From Longimicrobiales bacterium (GTDB lineage Bacteria; Gemmatimonadota; Gemmatimonadetes; Longimicrobiales; Gaopeijiaceae), in the NCBI GenBank assembly GCA_965242735.1, contig OZ251497.1:1140409-1204408 (forward strand): a DNA stretch of 64,000 nucleotides, given 5' to 3'. The translations under genes were made by a program, and so were the position numbers. Positions within the stretch are counted from its first letter, which is position 1; the number at the start of each line of letters is the position of its first letter. The notes under the pieces are model-generated. The model had not been told where the DNA came from, did no database searches, and saw nothing but the letters and a program-made list of their open reading frames with translations. This document shows positions 18,645 to 29,024 of this stretch, piece by piece.

Positions 18645-18845
18645 CCCGGTCCGCCCGCGTGCCGAGTCCTGCCTGTCCGCCGCGGTCCGCCTGTCCGCCG
18701 AGTCCTGCCTGTCCGCCGCGGTCCGCCCGCCTGCCGAGTCCCGCTCGCCTGCCAAGTTCCGCCGCCCCGCCGAGTCCTGCCCGCCCGCCAGGTTCCGGCT
18801 GTCCGCCAAGTCCCGCTGGCTTGCCGAGTCCCGCGCTCTTGCCCG
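18643..18845. repeat. 18-nt-period degenerate tandem array (about 11 units) immediately 5' of the DUF5916 start codon
   Basis: The core GCC(G/A)AGT(C/T)C(C/T)GC starts at 18661, 18697, 18733, 18751, 18769, 18805 and 18823, with the variant GCCAGGTTCCGG at 18787. All are in the same 18-nt phase. Confidence 0.85.
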
Positions 18846-18980
18846 TCCTCCCATTCCCCGCCTCCCCATGTGCGCCGGCCCCTCGCCGGGGGCCGCACCG
18901 TCCCCGTTGCGTACCGCTTACCTTGAACGAGAAAACGCCCCGTGCAGTTTCGACCGCCCATCCGAGAAGGCCGCGCGCCG

Positions 18981-19970
18981 ATGAGAGCGCTACCGCCGCC
19001 TTCCGTCGCGCCGCGCTTTCTCATGGCGCACGGACAAGGCAACGACTACCTGGTGTTCGACGAGGGCGCCGGGCCGGTACTGGACGCCGCGCTGGTGCGG
19101 CGGATCTGCCGCCGCCGGCGCGGGGTCGGAGCCGACGGGGTCGTGGTGGCGCTCGCTGCGCGGCCCGGGCGGCCGCCGACGCTGCGCATGTTCAATCCGG
19201 ACGGCAGCGAGTTCGAGCGCAGCGGCAACGGGTTGCGGATCGCGGGCGTGCACCTGCGCTTGGCGGGGCGGGCGGGGGAAGGCGCCTTCGCCGTGGAGAC
19301 GGCCGCGGGCCGGGCGGAACTTGTGGTGCGCGGACCGGACGGCGGAGGCGCGTGGGACGTGCGCGCGGACATGGGGCCGGTGTCGTTCCCGGACGGCCCG
19401 CCGTTCGTGGCGCCGGGGGCCGTGGGCGCGGACGGGAAGGCGGCGCTGGCCTTGCCGCCCGGCGCCGGGCGGGAGAGCGTGGCGGCGGCGCCGGTGTCCG
19501 TGGGCAACCCGCACGCCGTGCTGTTCGCGGACTCGTGGGACGACGCCGACGTCGAGCGGCTGGGGCCGCTGGTGTCGGCCCATGGGGCGTTTCCGGAAGG
19601 GGCCAACGTGCAGTTTGCGGTCGTGGCGGGGCCCGGAGAGGCGAGGATCCGGATCTGGGAGAGGGGCGTGGGGCGGACCGCGTCGTCGGGCACGTCCGCA
19701 TGCGCCGTGGTCGCCGCGGCGGTGCGCGAGGGGCTGATGGCGGCGGGACCGTGCCGCGTGGAAATGGAGGGCGGGCTGATGGAGGTGGACTGGCGCCCGG
19801 GCGGGACGGTCCGGCTGCGGGGGCCCGTCGAGGTGGTTTGCACGGGCGAGCTGGAGGTCCAGGCCATGGCCTCGCGCGCCCGGCCCATGCGCGCCCGCGA
19901 GTCCGCAGAGGCCGGCGGCTCGGGGCTGGACTCGGCGCCGCGCGGGGCGCGGCGGGACGGGGCCGACTAG
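18981..19970 (+). CDS. dapF: diaminopimelate epimerase
   Basis: ..FLMAHGQGNDYLVFD.., ..NPDGSEFERSGNG.., ..VSVGNPHAVLF.. and ..ERGVGRTASSGTSACA.. are the DapF signature blocks with both catalytic Cys regions. Confidence 0.85.
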   Translation: MRALPPPSVAPRFLMAHGQGNDYLVFDEGAGPVLDAALVRRICRRRRGVGADGVVVALAARPGRPPTLRMFNPDGSEFERSGNGLRIAGVHLRLAGRAGEGAFAVETAAGRAELVVRGPDGGGAWDVRADMGPVSFPDGPPFVAPGAVGADGKAALALPPGAGRESVAAAPVSVGNPHAVLFADSWDDADVERLGPLVSAHGAFPEGANVQFAVVAGPGEARIRIWERGVGRTASSGTSACAVVAAAVREGLMAAGPCRVEMEGGLMEVDWRPGGTVRLRGPVEVVCTGELEVQAMASRARPMRARESAEAGGSGLDSAPRGARRDGAD

Positions 19971-21037
19971 GTTCGGACGCGCGCGGCCAGCGCCAGCGCC
20001 GCCGCGAAGAAGACGACGTTGGGGCTCCAGGCCGCCCACCAGGGCGAGAGCGCCCCCGCCTTGCCCGCCGCCGCCGTGAGGTTGAGCAGCAGGTAGTAGA
20101 CCATCGTCGTGCACAAGGACAGGCTGATGCCGAACGCCGCCCCGCTCTTGCGCGACGTCGTCGCCAGCGGGATGCCCAGGAGCACCACCACGAAGGTGGC
20201 GGCGGCCAAGGCGCGCTTCTGTTCGCGCCTGACGAGGAGCTCCCTCGCGTCGCCGCCGGAGCGAATCACGGCTTCCGCCCGCCGCCCCAGCTGGGCGTAC
20301 GTCATCTCGTCGTCCTCGGGCGGGTCCTCGAGCATCTCGTCCGGTTCGACCGACAGCCCGGGGCGGCGGTAGCGGCTGAACCGGTACGTGTCCTCGCTTC
20401 CGTCCGGCGCGATCACGCGAAGGTGTCCTTCGTTGAACGTCCATCCCGGACCGGAGGCGTCGTGCGTCGCTTGGGCGGCCCAGACGTGGCGCAGCGATCC
20501 GTCCCGGTCGCGGCTCTCCAGCGTCACGCCGTCCAACAGGCCCAGGTTCGCGCTGAGCCGCTCCGCCGTCAGCCTCTCGCCGTGCTCGGTCTCGAACACG
20601 AAGTTGGTCCGCCATTCGCGGCGCACATCGCGTTCCTTGTGGAGCTCGGCCGTCCTCCGATTGGCGGCGGGCGAGATTTCGCCCAGCCAGAACGCCGCCC
20701 CCGTCAGCGCGAGCCCCAGCGCCCAGAGCGGGGCGAAGAGCCGATGGAACGAGATACCTCCTCCTTTTGCGGCAAGGACTTCGCGGTGTACCGTCATGGC
20801 GTTGACCGTGAACACGGAAGCCACCAGTCCGGCGATCGGGAAGCCGATCGCCATGTTCTTCGGGTAGGTGTAGACGTACCCCAGGAACATGTCGAGCGTG
20901 GACACGCCGCGGTCGAGAAGGTCGTCGAGGTCTTCCGACAAGCTGGCCACGCTGAGCAGGACCGGAACGCAGAGGATGAAGCAGACGAAGATCGCGAGGA
21001 ACGTGCGGCCGACCAGCCTGTCCAGCACCCAGGTCAC
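19967..21037 (-). CDS. LptF/LptG-family (YjgP/YjgQ) LPS export permease
   Basis: The GTG start 21037 overlaps the upstream stop (GTGA). It has six TM segments with a periplasmic insert, and family-typical ..KSGAAFGISLSL...YY. Confidence 0.75.
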   Translation of the reverse strand: MTWVLDRLVGRTFLAIFVCFILCVPVLLSVASLSEDLDDLLDRGVSTLDMFLGYVYTYPKNMAIGFPIAGLVASVFTVNAMTVHREVLAAKGGGISFHRLFAPLWALGLALTGAAFWLGEISPAANRRTAELHKERDVRREWRTNFVFETEHGERLTAERLSANLGLLDGVTLESRDRDGSLRHVWAAQATHDASGPGWTFNEGHLRVIAPDGSEDTYRFSRYRRPGLSVEPDEMLEDPPEDDEMTYAQLGRRAEAVIRSGGDARELLVRREQKRALAAATFVVVLLGIPLATTSRKSGAAFGISLSLCTTMVYYLLLNLTAAAGKAGALSPWWAAWSPNVVFFAAALALAARVRT

Positions 21038-22455
21038 GAGGCGGAGCGCGGCCTTCGCGCGAGCAGGGCCGCGATCCGGACGGCGCTGTCGCGCAGATGA
21101 GCCAGCGTGCCCGTGCGGCCGGCGTCCACCCAGCGGCCGACGCGCGTGACCATGAAGACGCCCAGGGCGCCGAAGAGGACGTTTGTCGTCCACATGGCCC
21201 AGAAGGGACTGGCCAAGCCGCGATCCGCGAAGTCCTCGCCGTTTTGCAGGCCCACCTGGTACACGGCGAAGACCGCGGTCGAGACGAGGATGACCATCCC
21301 CACGCCGCCCAGCGGATAACGAATGCCCAGCGGCGCTCCGATCAGCACGAACACGACGCACACCGTCGCGAGGACCAGCTTCTTGTGCATTTCGGCCCCG
21401 TAGCTGCGGATTCTCCCTTGCAAGAAGTCGGCCGAGGCCTTGCGGGACTGGGCCGTCTCGACCGACGTGCGCGTCAGCCCGTCGAAGCCGCCCATGAGCC
21501 GCACGGCGCCGTCCCGCTCGCGGGCCTCCGCTTGCGCACGCAGCGAGTCCGCCGCCGGTCCGACGCCCAGCGCCTGCTCGACGGCGGCCCGGGAGCTCTC
21601 TGCCTCCTCGGCTCGAAGAACGGCGAGGCGCTCCCTCGACTCCGCCATGCCCTGCCTCAGCTGCGCGCCCGACATTTCCCTGTCGCTGCGCCGGGCGCCC
21701 TCCGTCTCCTGCAAGACGTTGCCGACGTTGCGAAGCACGTAGAGCCGGTCGCGAAACTCCGTGCGCTGCAACGTCTCCGGCTCGCGCTTCTCGACCTCGT
21801 ACGCCTCGCCTTCCTGCAGCCGCAGATGCAAGTCCGTGAACTGCGCGTTGAGCTGCATCTCGCCCCGCTGCGCGTAGATGGTGCCGCGCGCGGCCGGGCG
21901 GCTCATGTCGTGGATGACGATGCCTTCGAGCCGGTTGGAGACCGGATCGATGGAGTCGGCGCGCAGGAAGTAGGAGCCGCGGGCGTCGGCGGGCGAGATC
22001 TCGTTGAACACCTTGGGCCGCAGGTGGAACGTCGGGCTCTTCTGGTAGATGGAGATGAGCACGCCCTGCAGGCGGTGGTTGGCTTCCGGGAGGATGACGT
22101 CGTTGAACGTGTAGGTCGTGGCGGCCGCGACCATGCCGCACGCGACGGCCGGCAGCAGCATGGCGCGAGGCCTCACGCCGTTGGCCGCCATGGCGACGAT
22201 CTCCCCCGACGCGGCCAAGTCGCTGTAGGTGTAGAGGACGGCCACGAGCATGGCCATCGGGAGCGTGAGGGCGATCGTGTGCGGCAGCATGAGCAGCACC
22301 GCTTCGGCGATGACCTCGGCGGGCAGTCCCTTGCCGACGAATTCCTCCAAGCGGCGCGCCAGGACCTCAATGAACAGGAGCCCGGTCAGCAGCACGAGCG
22401 CAAAGAAGAATGGTCCGAGCAGCGACCGGATCAGGTGGCGGGTCAAGATGGTCAT
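21034..22455 (-). CDS. LptF/LptG-family (YjgP/YjgQ) LPS export permease with enlarged periplasmic/coiled insert
   Basis: The N-terminus MTILTRHLIRSLLGPFFFALVLLTGLLF.. is typical of the family. It is translationally coupled to the next permease gene. Confidence 0.8.
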   Translation of the reverse strand: MTILTRHLIRSLLGPFFFALVLLTGLLFIEVLARRLEEFVGKGLPAEVIAEAVLLMLPHTIALTLPMAMLVAVLYTYSDLAASGEIVAMAANGVRPRAMLLPAVACGMVAAATTYTFNDVILPEANHRLQGVLISIYQKSPTFHLRPKVFNEISPADARGSYFLRADSIDPVSNRLEGIVIHDMSRPAARGTIYAQRGEMQLNAQFTDLHLRLQEGEAYEVEKREPETLQRTEFRDRLYVLRNVGNVLQETEGARRSDREMSGAQLRQGMAESRERLAVLRAEEAESSRAAVEQALGVGPAADSLRAQAEARERDGAVRLMGGFDGLTRTSVETAQSRKASADFLQGRIRSYGAEMHKKLVLATVCVVFVLIGAPLGIRYPLGGVGMVILVSTAVFAVYQVGLQNGEDFADRGLASPFWAMWTTNVLFGALGVFMVTRVGRWVDAGRTGTLAHLRDSAVRIAALLARRPRSAS

Positions 22456-22512
22456 GCGCCCCTCCGGTCCCGGCCGCTAGTCGCCGGGGCTGTTTGCCAA
22501 GTGCGGCCCGGC

Positions 22513-25500
22513 ATGAAGGTAACCGATTGGCGAGGCGGCATGAGGCGCGGCGGGAGGGTGGACGAAGGTCTGGGCGTCCAGCGTCGGCCTGATGCGGGTG
22601 CGGGGCGCGGTGGGACGAGCAGGCCGTTGTCGCCGGTCCGGTTGGCCGCGGGGTTGGCGGTGGTCTTGGGGGCCGGGGCCGAGGGCGCGGAGGGGGCGTC
22701 CGCCGAGGCAGGACGCGTGCCTCCGGCGGTGGCGGAGGAACGGACGGCCGACGCGGGCGGCGCGTCGGCGGGAGCGGTGGGGGAACGGAAGGCAGTCGCC
22801 GTAGCGGCCGTCGCGCGGCCGGCGGTCCGGGCGGCTGGCGGGCTGGGCGCCGCGGCCGCGCCGAGGACGCCTGCGGCGCAGGTCCCCCGGCTTGCGCGCG
22901 ACACGCTCCTGTGGGTCATTCCGCAGCTGCGCGATCCGGACGCCTGGTTGCTGGGGCCGCGTCCTCCGCCCGCGCCCGTGGCGCGCTTGGGGCTTGCCGC
23001 GATTCCGGCGGCGCGGCTGCCGGGAGCGCCGGTCTCCGCGCCTCGGCCCCTCTTCGGGACGGCGCGGCCGGTCTTGCCGTCTCTCGACTGGTCCGGCGAC
23101 CCTCTCTTCAGGTTGGGCGCTTGGGGCCGGACGATCGGGTTCGGAGACGTGCCGCGCCCCCGGGCCGCGGGCCGCGCCCCCGCCGGTCCGGCGGCCGACC
23201 GCCTCGTCAACGACTACGCCGACCTCGGATTCGCCGTGCGGGGAAGCGGCGATCTGGGCGGCGAGTGGGTGCGCTTCCGCCCCTGCGACGAGACCGTGCA
23301 GGCGACGTGCGAAGTGCCGGCGTGGCCTCGGGTGCTCTCCGACATCCGCTTTGCCGCCACGGCCGACGGGACCGTGGCCGGCCGCGTGCGCGTGGACGTG
23401 GACTACGACCAGACCCGCGAATACGCCGGCGCGAACCGCGTCAACATCCACTACCGCGGACGGCCAGGCGAGTTCCTCCAGAGGCTCGACGTGGGCGACA
23501 TCGGCTTCGACCTGCCCGCCTCGCGCTTCCTCAGGGAAGGCGTGCCGGCCGGGAACTTCGGCTTTCGGGCGGTCGCGAACGCGGGGCCGCTCGACATGCA
23601 GGCCGTGTGGGCCCAGCAGAACGGCGAAGTCACGTCGCGCCGGTTCCAGCTGGAGAGCGCGGGCCGATCCCACTCCCGCAGCGACACGCTCGCCCTCGAC
23701 GACGCCGACTACGCCGCCGGCCAGTTCTTCTTCCTCTTCGATCCGGTCGCGTTCGCCGAGTACCCTCACGTGGATGTGCTCTCGTTGCCGTCGTCGAGCG
23801 GACGAATCGCGAACGCGCCCGCCGCCGGGCATCCCGTCCAGCTCTATCGATCGGCGATCGATCTCTACGCGCAGCAGCAGGTGGAGGGCGCCATCCAGGC
23901 GGAAGCCGTGGCGGGGCTCGGCGCGGACACGGTGCGCGAATCCGCTTGGTTCCGGTATCTGCAACCGGGCCAGGACTACGTGGTGCACCCCAGCGGGCTC
24001 TGGGTCGCGTTGCGCTCTCCGCTGGGACCCAGCGAGATGCTGGCCGTCAGCTACGTCACCGCCGCGGGCGACACGGTCGGCGCCTACGACCCCGAACGCG
24101 TCTACCGGGCGGGCGGACTGCCTCGCCTTCGCTTGCTCCGGGCCTCCCAGGCGCAGCACCAGCCGGGGCGGCCGACGTGGCGCACCGAAATGCACCAGGT
24201 GTATCGCGTGTCGTCTTCCGGCGACGTGGCGCCGGGGTCGCTCGACTTGGTGATCTCGGCAGGCTCGCAGAGCGCGGGCCGCACGTTCGCCCGGCGTCCC
24301 AACGGCGACGACGTCACGTACCTGCGCCTTCTCGGCATGGACGAGGACGCGCCCGCGGACCGTCTCGACGAGTCCCAGGTCTACCGGCCCGCTCGCGACT
24401 CGTTCGACGATCTGCCCCCCGTGCGCGGCACGTACGTCGTCTTCCCCTCGCTCGAGCCCTTCGCCGACCCCGGGCCCGTGGCCAGCCTCTCGATGGGCGC
24501 GGACGAAGCGAGGGCCATGCTGGGCCCCAACCGCAACACGCGCATCTACGGCGCCCTTGATCCCTTCGAGCGCCGAAACGGCGGCGTCTTCCGGCTGTCC
24601 TTCGCGTACGAAGTCCGGGGCGCGGGACTGGTCTCGTCCTTCGACTTGGAGGCCGTGGGCATCCGCCCCGGGACCGAGACGGTCACGTTGGGCGATCAAG
24701 TCCTCGAGCGCGGCGCGGACTATTCGATCGACTACGACCTCGGCCAGCTCGAGCTGACCGACCCTGGAGGGTTGCTGGCGGCCAATCCCGACCGGCAGCT
24801 CGAGGTCTCTTGGGAACAGCGCAGCTTCTTTCAGGTCGCCCCCACGTCGGTCCTGGGCGGCAGCGCCAAGTACGACTTGGGCGCCTACGGAGCCATCAGC
24901 GCGTTCGGCCTCTACCAGACGGAAGGCGAGCTCGTGCGGCGGCCGCAGCTCGGCGTCGAGGCCCGGTCCGTCGGACTCGGCGGCGCCGTCGGATCGGTCG
25001 ACCTGGACGCGCCGCAGATCGCTCGCGCCCTGGCCGCCGTCGGAGGCTTGCGCGACGGCGAGCGCGCGTCGGTGAGGCTCTCGGGCGAGGCGCTCGTCTC
25101 CCTCCCCAATCCCAACACCCAGGGGGCCGCCTACCTGGACGACTACGACGGCACGGAGGCGCGGCGGCTCTCCGTGCGAAGCCACGACTGGCGGTTGGGG
25201 AGCCGTCCCGCGTTTCGAGACGGCGCCGAGCACGTGCTTCCGGCCGACCTGTCGCAGGCCAGCGTCGCCGCGCTCTCCTGGCAGCACCAGTGGATCGTGG
25301 AGGACGCGGCGGGCGACAGCCTCGGGGTCTTCGGCGGCTTCCATCCCGCCACCGACATCGACCAGCAGATACGGATCACGGGCAGCGCGGCGCGCGACCA
25401 GGGGCTGCACATCCGCTTCGACCCGGGCCGGGGCGACCGCGAAGGGCCGCAGGCGTGGTCGGCGATCACCACCGTGCTGAGCGTGGCCGGCGCCGACCTC

Positions 25501-28500
25501 ACCAAGAGCGACTTGATCGAGTTCTACGTTCGCGACGGCGAGCATCTGAACTTGGTGCTGGACGTCGGCGTGGTGAGCGAGGACGCGTTCTTCGTGGACG
25601 CCGACGGAATGCTGGGAGGCGTGAAGACGGGCACCGGCGTTCCCTGGGGCGAGGGGCGCCTGGACCAGGAAGCCGATCCGCGCCGAGGGGAGGTGTGGGG
25701 CGACGTGGCGGACGCCCGGGGCGTGTGGGACGAGCAGTGCCTCCAGGAGCGCGGCCGGGTCTACCGGCTGGGCGACTCGGACGCGAACTGCACGCGCGGA
25801 AACGGCCGCCCCGATTCCGAGGACCTGGACGAGGACGGCGTGCTCGACACGACCGAGCGCTACCGTCGCTTCGTGATTCCGCTGGACGGATCCTCGCGAT
25901 TTCTGGCGCGCGACCGCGGCGAGACCGGCACGCGCTTTCGTCTCTACCGGATTCCGTTGCGGGACCCGGCGGCGCTCGACGTGGGCGGGCCGGTCGGCGA
26001 GGCCGAGCTGCGGGCGGTTCGCCACGTCCGGTTGGCCGTGACGGGCGCGCGCCGGGATTCCTTCGTGCTGGCGCGCTTCGGCATCGTGGGCTCGACATGG
26101 ATCAAGCGCGCCCAGTCCGGCGTGCTGGAGGGACTGGGAGGCGACCGGACCTCGGCGAGGGGCCGCGTCGAAGTGGGGCCCGTCTCGGCGCTGACCGCGG
26201 GCGACGCCTACGTCTCGCCGCCGGGCGTCGTGGAGCAGCTCGACGACCCGACGGCCACGTTCGGGGGCCAGGGCGTGGAGTTCAACGAGCGGTCTCTCTC
26301 CGTCGCCTTCGAGGACCTGCAGCCGGGCGACCGGGCCGAGGTGTACAACCGCTTCCCGCAGCGTCCTCGCGACTTCCTGCCGTACCGCGAGGCCCGGCTC
26401 TGGGTCGTGGCGCCGCGCGGGGACGGCTTCGGTCTCTCGTCGCCGAGCTGGTTCTTCCTGAAGGTGGGCACGGACGCCGAGAACTTCTACTTGTACCGCA
26501 CGCGCTTGGAGCCCTCGGCGGCGCAGGGGCGCGTGCGCGAGGAGGACTGGCTGCCGGAGGTCGTCGTCGACTTCGACGAGTGGCTCGATCTGCGGCGCGT
26601 CGCCGAAGACCGGCTGGTGCGCGACCCGCGCGCGGCGGGAGCGGATCCGCTGGTCGTGTGGTCGCCCGACTCGGCCTACGCGGTCGTGATGCGGGACCGG
26701 GGCCGGGCGCCCAACTTGGCCGCGGTGCGCGAGATGAGCGTGGGCGTGCTGAACGAGACCGGCAGGCCGATCTCGGGCGAGGTCTGGGTGGACGAGCTGC
26801 GCCTGCACGGCGGACTTCGGGAGGCCGGCCTGGCGACGGCGTTCGACGCCGTCCTGGAAGGGGGCGCCTTTCTGCAGTCGCGGGCGTCGCTGCGCACCCA
26901 GGGAGGGTTCTTTCGGCAGCTTCGCGAGGCGCCCTCGTTTCGGGACGAGCGCGGCCTGGACCTGCGCGCATCGCTTCAGCTGGGCCGCTTGGCGCCCGAC
27001 GCCTGGGCGCTGGAGGCGCCGCTGACGGTGACCTACGAGCGCGACCGGCAGGCGCCCGTCTTCCTGGAGCGCAGCGACGTGCGCGCCGACCGCCTGGAGG
27101 GGCTCCGTCGTCCGGGGTTCGGCAGAGTGCGGGCCGACGTGTCCCTTCGCCGCAACGCCAACCCGAGCGACGGCTTCTGGCGGGCGGTGGCCGACGGCCT
27201 CGACCTGCGCGCCGGCGTGGTGCGTTCTTCGTTCCGCACCGCCACCGCCGAGAGCGACAGCGAGGGGGTCGACGGATTCCTGGGCTATTCGGCGACGCCC
27301 GGCCGCAGGGACTTCCCGGTGTTTCCTGGGAGGGCGGGCGACTTCCTGAAGGCCGTGCTCCCTCGCTTCCTGGAAGACCGAATCGCGGGAGCGCGGCTCC
27401 GGTGGACCCCCGAGCAGCTGTCGTTCGAGGGCGAACTGGCCCGCCAGGACGTCGGCACGCGCCGCTTCCAGCATGTGATTCGCACGCCCGAGGACTCCCT
27501 TGCCACGGTCGTCGCCGCGCCGAGAAAGACGTTCGTCGGAACGGCGCGGATCGCCCTGCGCCCGTTCGAGTCCTTCTCGGCCGAAGCCGACCTGACCAGC
27601 GGCCGCGATCTGCTGGACCCGGCGCAGCTGGTCGCGGGCGAGGAGGCCCGAGAGCTGCTTGCCGGCGAGCGGACCCGCCTGGCCAGCATCGACTTCGGAT
27701 GGGAGGTCGACCGGCGCCTGCGCACCCGCTTGGCGTTCTTGCCCCGGTTGTCGAACTGGGCGCGCACCAGCGTCCAAGCGACGACGCTCTATCTGTCGGA
27801 GCGCAACTCCGACCTGATCGGAAGGCCCGGAGGACCCAACGCGCCCCTGCGGCTCTTGCGCAACGCGGGCGGGCGGCGAGACCTCTCGGCAGCGCTTTCG
27901 ATCGAGCCGGCGCGGCTGGCGGCCGAACGCGCGGAGGCGGGCTCGGCGGCGCGGCGCGTGCTGGGCGCCGTCCAACCGCTGTCCATCACGTACGCGAACG
28001 GCTACAGCTCGCGCTTCAACCGGGACGCGGTCGATCCCGGCGCCGCGTACGAGCTGGGATGGGGACGCCGCGAGGACTTCCTGAGGATTGGGCCCGACTC
28101 CGCCTCCGTCTTCAGCCACCGGCGGCGGCTGAGCCTTCGAGGCGGGACGGCGCTGATCGGATCGCTGTCCGTCGGACTGGGCTACGACCGCTCGCTGCAC
28201 GAGACGCTCGACGCGCGCTCCGACCGCGACGTGGCGCGCCGCGTCTGGCCGGACGTGGAGGTCGTCGCCGCCGATCTTCCGCGACCCGGGTTCTTGGCGG
28301 CCTTCTTGCGCCGCGCTTCGGCCTCCGGCGGCTACCGGAGGGAAACGCGGACGCGGACGTTCGGGGCGGACAGTCGGCAGGACCGGTTCCGCGAAGACCG
28401 GGAGGTGCCCGTGACCCTGACGCTGCGGTTCGCGGGCGGCCTATCGGTGGCGTACCGCGGCCGGACAAACCGGGGCGAGAGCGCCGATCCGACGGGGGAC

Positions 28501-28857
28501 ACGCGGCGCCGGAGCAGCACGCATTCCGTCGCCGCCTCCGCGCCTCTGCGTTCGCCGCTGAGGATGTTCCGCGCGCAGGGCGCGCCGATGACGCTGACCC
28601 TGAACCTGGGCTACGCGGACGAGACGGAATGCCGTGTGGCCTCGGCGGGCAGGCCGTGCGTGCCGTTCGTCGACCAGCTCGACCGCACCGCTTCGTTCTC
28701 GGTCGACTCCTCGGTCCGCGACTTCCAGCTGGGCGTTCGGCTTCGCTTCATCGACCGCCGGTCCTTCGTCGGACAACGAGCTGGAACCACCCGCTTTCGG
28801 CTCGACGTCCACGGGCGCTTCGCGCTGACGCCCGCGATGCTGCGGGGCAGGACCTGA
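22513..28857 (+). CDS. sprA: cell-surface protein SprA-like (type IX secretion translocon family)
   Basis: About 2114 aa with beta-rich blocks resembling SprA (..GNFGFRAVANAGPLDMQAVWAQQNGEVTSRRFQ..). The start is uncertain: ATG 22513 is the first in frame, and the rest of ORF 21097-28857 upstream is antisense to lptF. Confidence 0.65.
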   Translation: MKVTDWRGGMRRGGRVDEGLGVQRRPDAGAGRGGTSRPLSPVRLAAGLAVVLGAGAEGAEGASAEAGRVPPAVAEERTADAGGASAGAVGERKAVAVAAVARPAVRAAGGLGAAAAPRTPAAQVPRLARDTLLWVIPQLRDPDAWLLGPRPPPAPVARLGLAAIPAARLPGAPVSAPRPLFGTARPVLPSLDWSGDPLFRLGAWGRTIGFGDVPRPRAAGRAPAGPAADRLVNDYADLGFAVRGSGDLGGEWVRFRPCDETVQATCEVPAWPRVLSDIRFAATADGTVAGRVRVDVDYDQTREYAGANRVNIHYRGRPGEFLQRLDVGDIGFDLPASRFLREGVPAGNFGFRAVANAGPLDMQAVWAQQNGEVTSRRFQLESAGRSHSRSDTLALDDADYAAGQFFFLFDPVAFAEYPHVDVLSLPSSSGRIANAPAAGHPVQLYRSAIDLYAQQQVEGAIQAEAVAGLGADTVRESAWFRYLQPGQDYVVHPSGLWVALRSPLGPSEMLAVSYVTAAGDTVGAYDPERVYRAGGLPRLRLLRASQAQHQPGRPTWRTEMHQVYRVSSSGDVAPGSLDLVISAGSQSAGRTFARRPNGDDVTYLRLLGMDEDAPADRLDESQVYRPARDSFDDLPPVRGTYVVFPSLEPFADPGPVASLSMGADEARAMLGPNRNTRIYGALDPFERRNGGVFRLSFAYEVRGAGLVSSFDLEAVGIRPGTETVTLGDQVLERGADYSIDYDLGQLELTDPGGLLAANPDRQLEVSWEQRSFFQVAPTSVLGGSAKYDLGAYGAISAFGLYQTEGELVRRPQLGVEARSVGLGGAVGSVDLDAPQIARALAAVGGLRDGERASVRLSGEALVSLPNPNTQGAAYLDDYDGTEARRLSVRSHDWRLGSRPAFRDGAEHVLPADLSQASVAALSWQHQWIVEDAAGDSLGVFGGFHPATDIDQQIRITGSAARDQGLHIRFDPGRGDREGPQAWSAITTVLSVAGADLTKSDLIEFYVRDGEHLNLVLDVGVVSEDAFFVDADGMLGGVKTGTGVPWGEGRLDQEADPRRGEVWGDVADARGVWDEQCLQERGRVYRLGDSDANCTRGNGRPDSEDLDEDGVLDTTERYRRFVIPLDGSSRFLARDRGETGTRFRLYRIPLRDPAALDVGGPVGEAELRAVRHVRLAVTGARRDSFVLARFGIVGSTWIKRAQSGVLEGLGGDRTSARGRVEVGPVSALTAGDAYVSPPGVVEQLDDPTATFGGQGVEFNERSLSVAFEDLQPGDRAEVYNRFPQRPRDFLPYREARLWVVAPRGDGFGLSSPSWFFLKVGTDAENFYLYRTRLEPSAAQGRVREEDWLPEVVVDFDEWLDLRRVAEDRLVRDPRAAGADPLVVWSPDSAYAVVMRDRGRAPNLAAVREMSVGVLNETGRPISGEVWVDELRLHGGLREAGLATAFDAVLEGGAFLQSRASLRTQGGFFRQLREAPSFRDERGLDLRASLQLGRLAPDAWALEAPLTVTYERDRQAPVFLERSDVRADRLEGLRRPGFGRVRADVSLRRNANPSDGFWRAVADGLDLRAGVVRSSFRTATAESDSEGVDGFLGYSATPGRRDFPVFPGRAGDFLKAVLPRFLEDRIAGARLRWTPEQLSFEGELARQDVGTRRFQHVIRTPEDSLATVVAAPRKTFVGTARIALRPFESFSAEADLTSGRDLLDPAQLVAGEEARELLAGERTRLASIDFGWEVDRRLRTRLAFLPRLSNWARTSVQATTLYLSERNSDLIGRPGGPNAPLRLLRNAGGRRDLSAALSIEPARLAAERAEAGSAARRVLGAVQPLSITYANGYSSRFNRDAVDPGAAYELGWGRREDFLRIGPDSASVFSHRRRLSLRGGTALIGSLSVGLGYDRSLHETLDARSDRDVARRVWPDVEVVAADLPRPGFLAAFLRRASASGGYRRETRTRTFGADSRQDRFREDREVPVTLTLRFAGGLSVAYRGRTNRGESADPTGDTRRRSSTHSVAASAPLRSPLRMFRAQGAPMTLTLNLGYADETECRVASAGRPCVPFVDQLDRTASFSVDSSVRDFQLGVRLRFIDRRSFVGQRAGTTRFRLDVHGRFALTPAMLRGRT

Positions 28858-29024
28858 CGCTCGGGCGGACGGACGGCCCATTCCGCCATCCCTTTGTCCC
28901 GCCTGCCGCGCTATGGTGTTCTTGTCGGCGCGGAGCACAGCCCGCACGAGAGAGACGACGCCGGGGCGCCAGTCTCCAGGGGGTGTTGCCGTCGGCGCGG
29001 AGCGGCCTGCACGAGAGGGAGCCC

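Noticed and set aside
22477-28200. 1907-aa ORF antisense to sprA
   Set aside because: Extreme Arg/Pro/Gly/His composition and no recognisable domains. It is entirely antisense to a gene with clear family resemblance. This is the typical open antisense frame of about 70% GC DNA.
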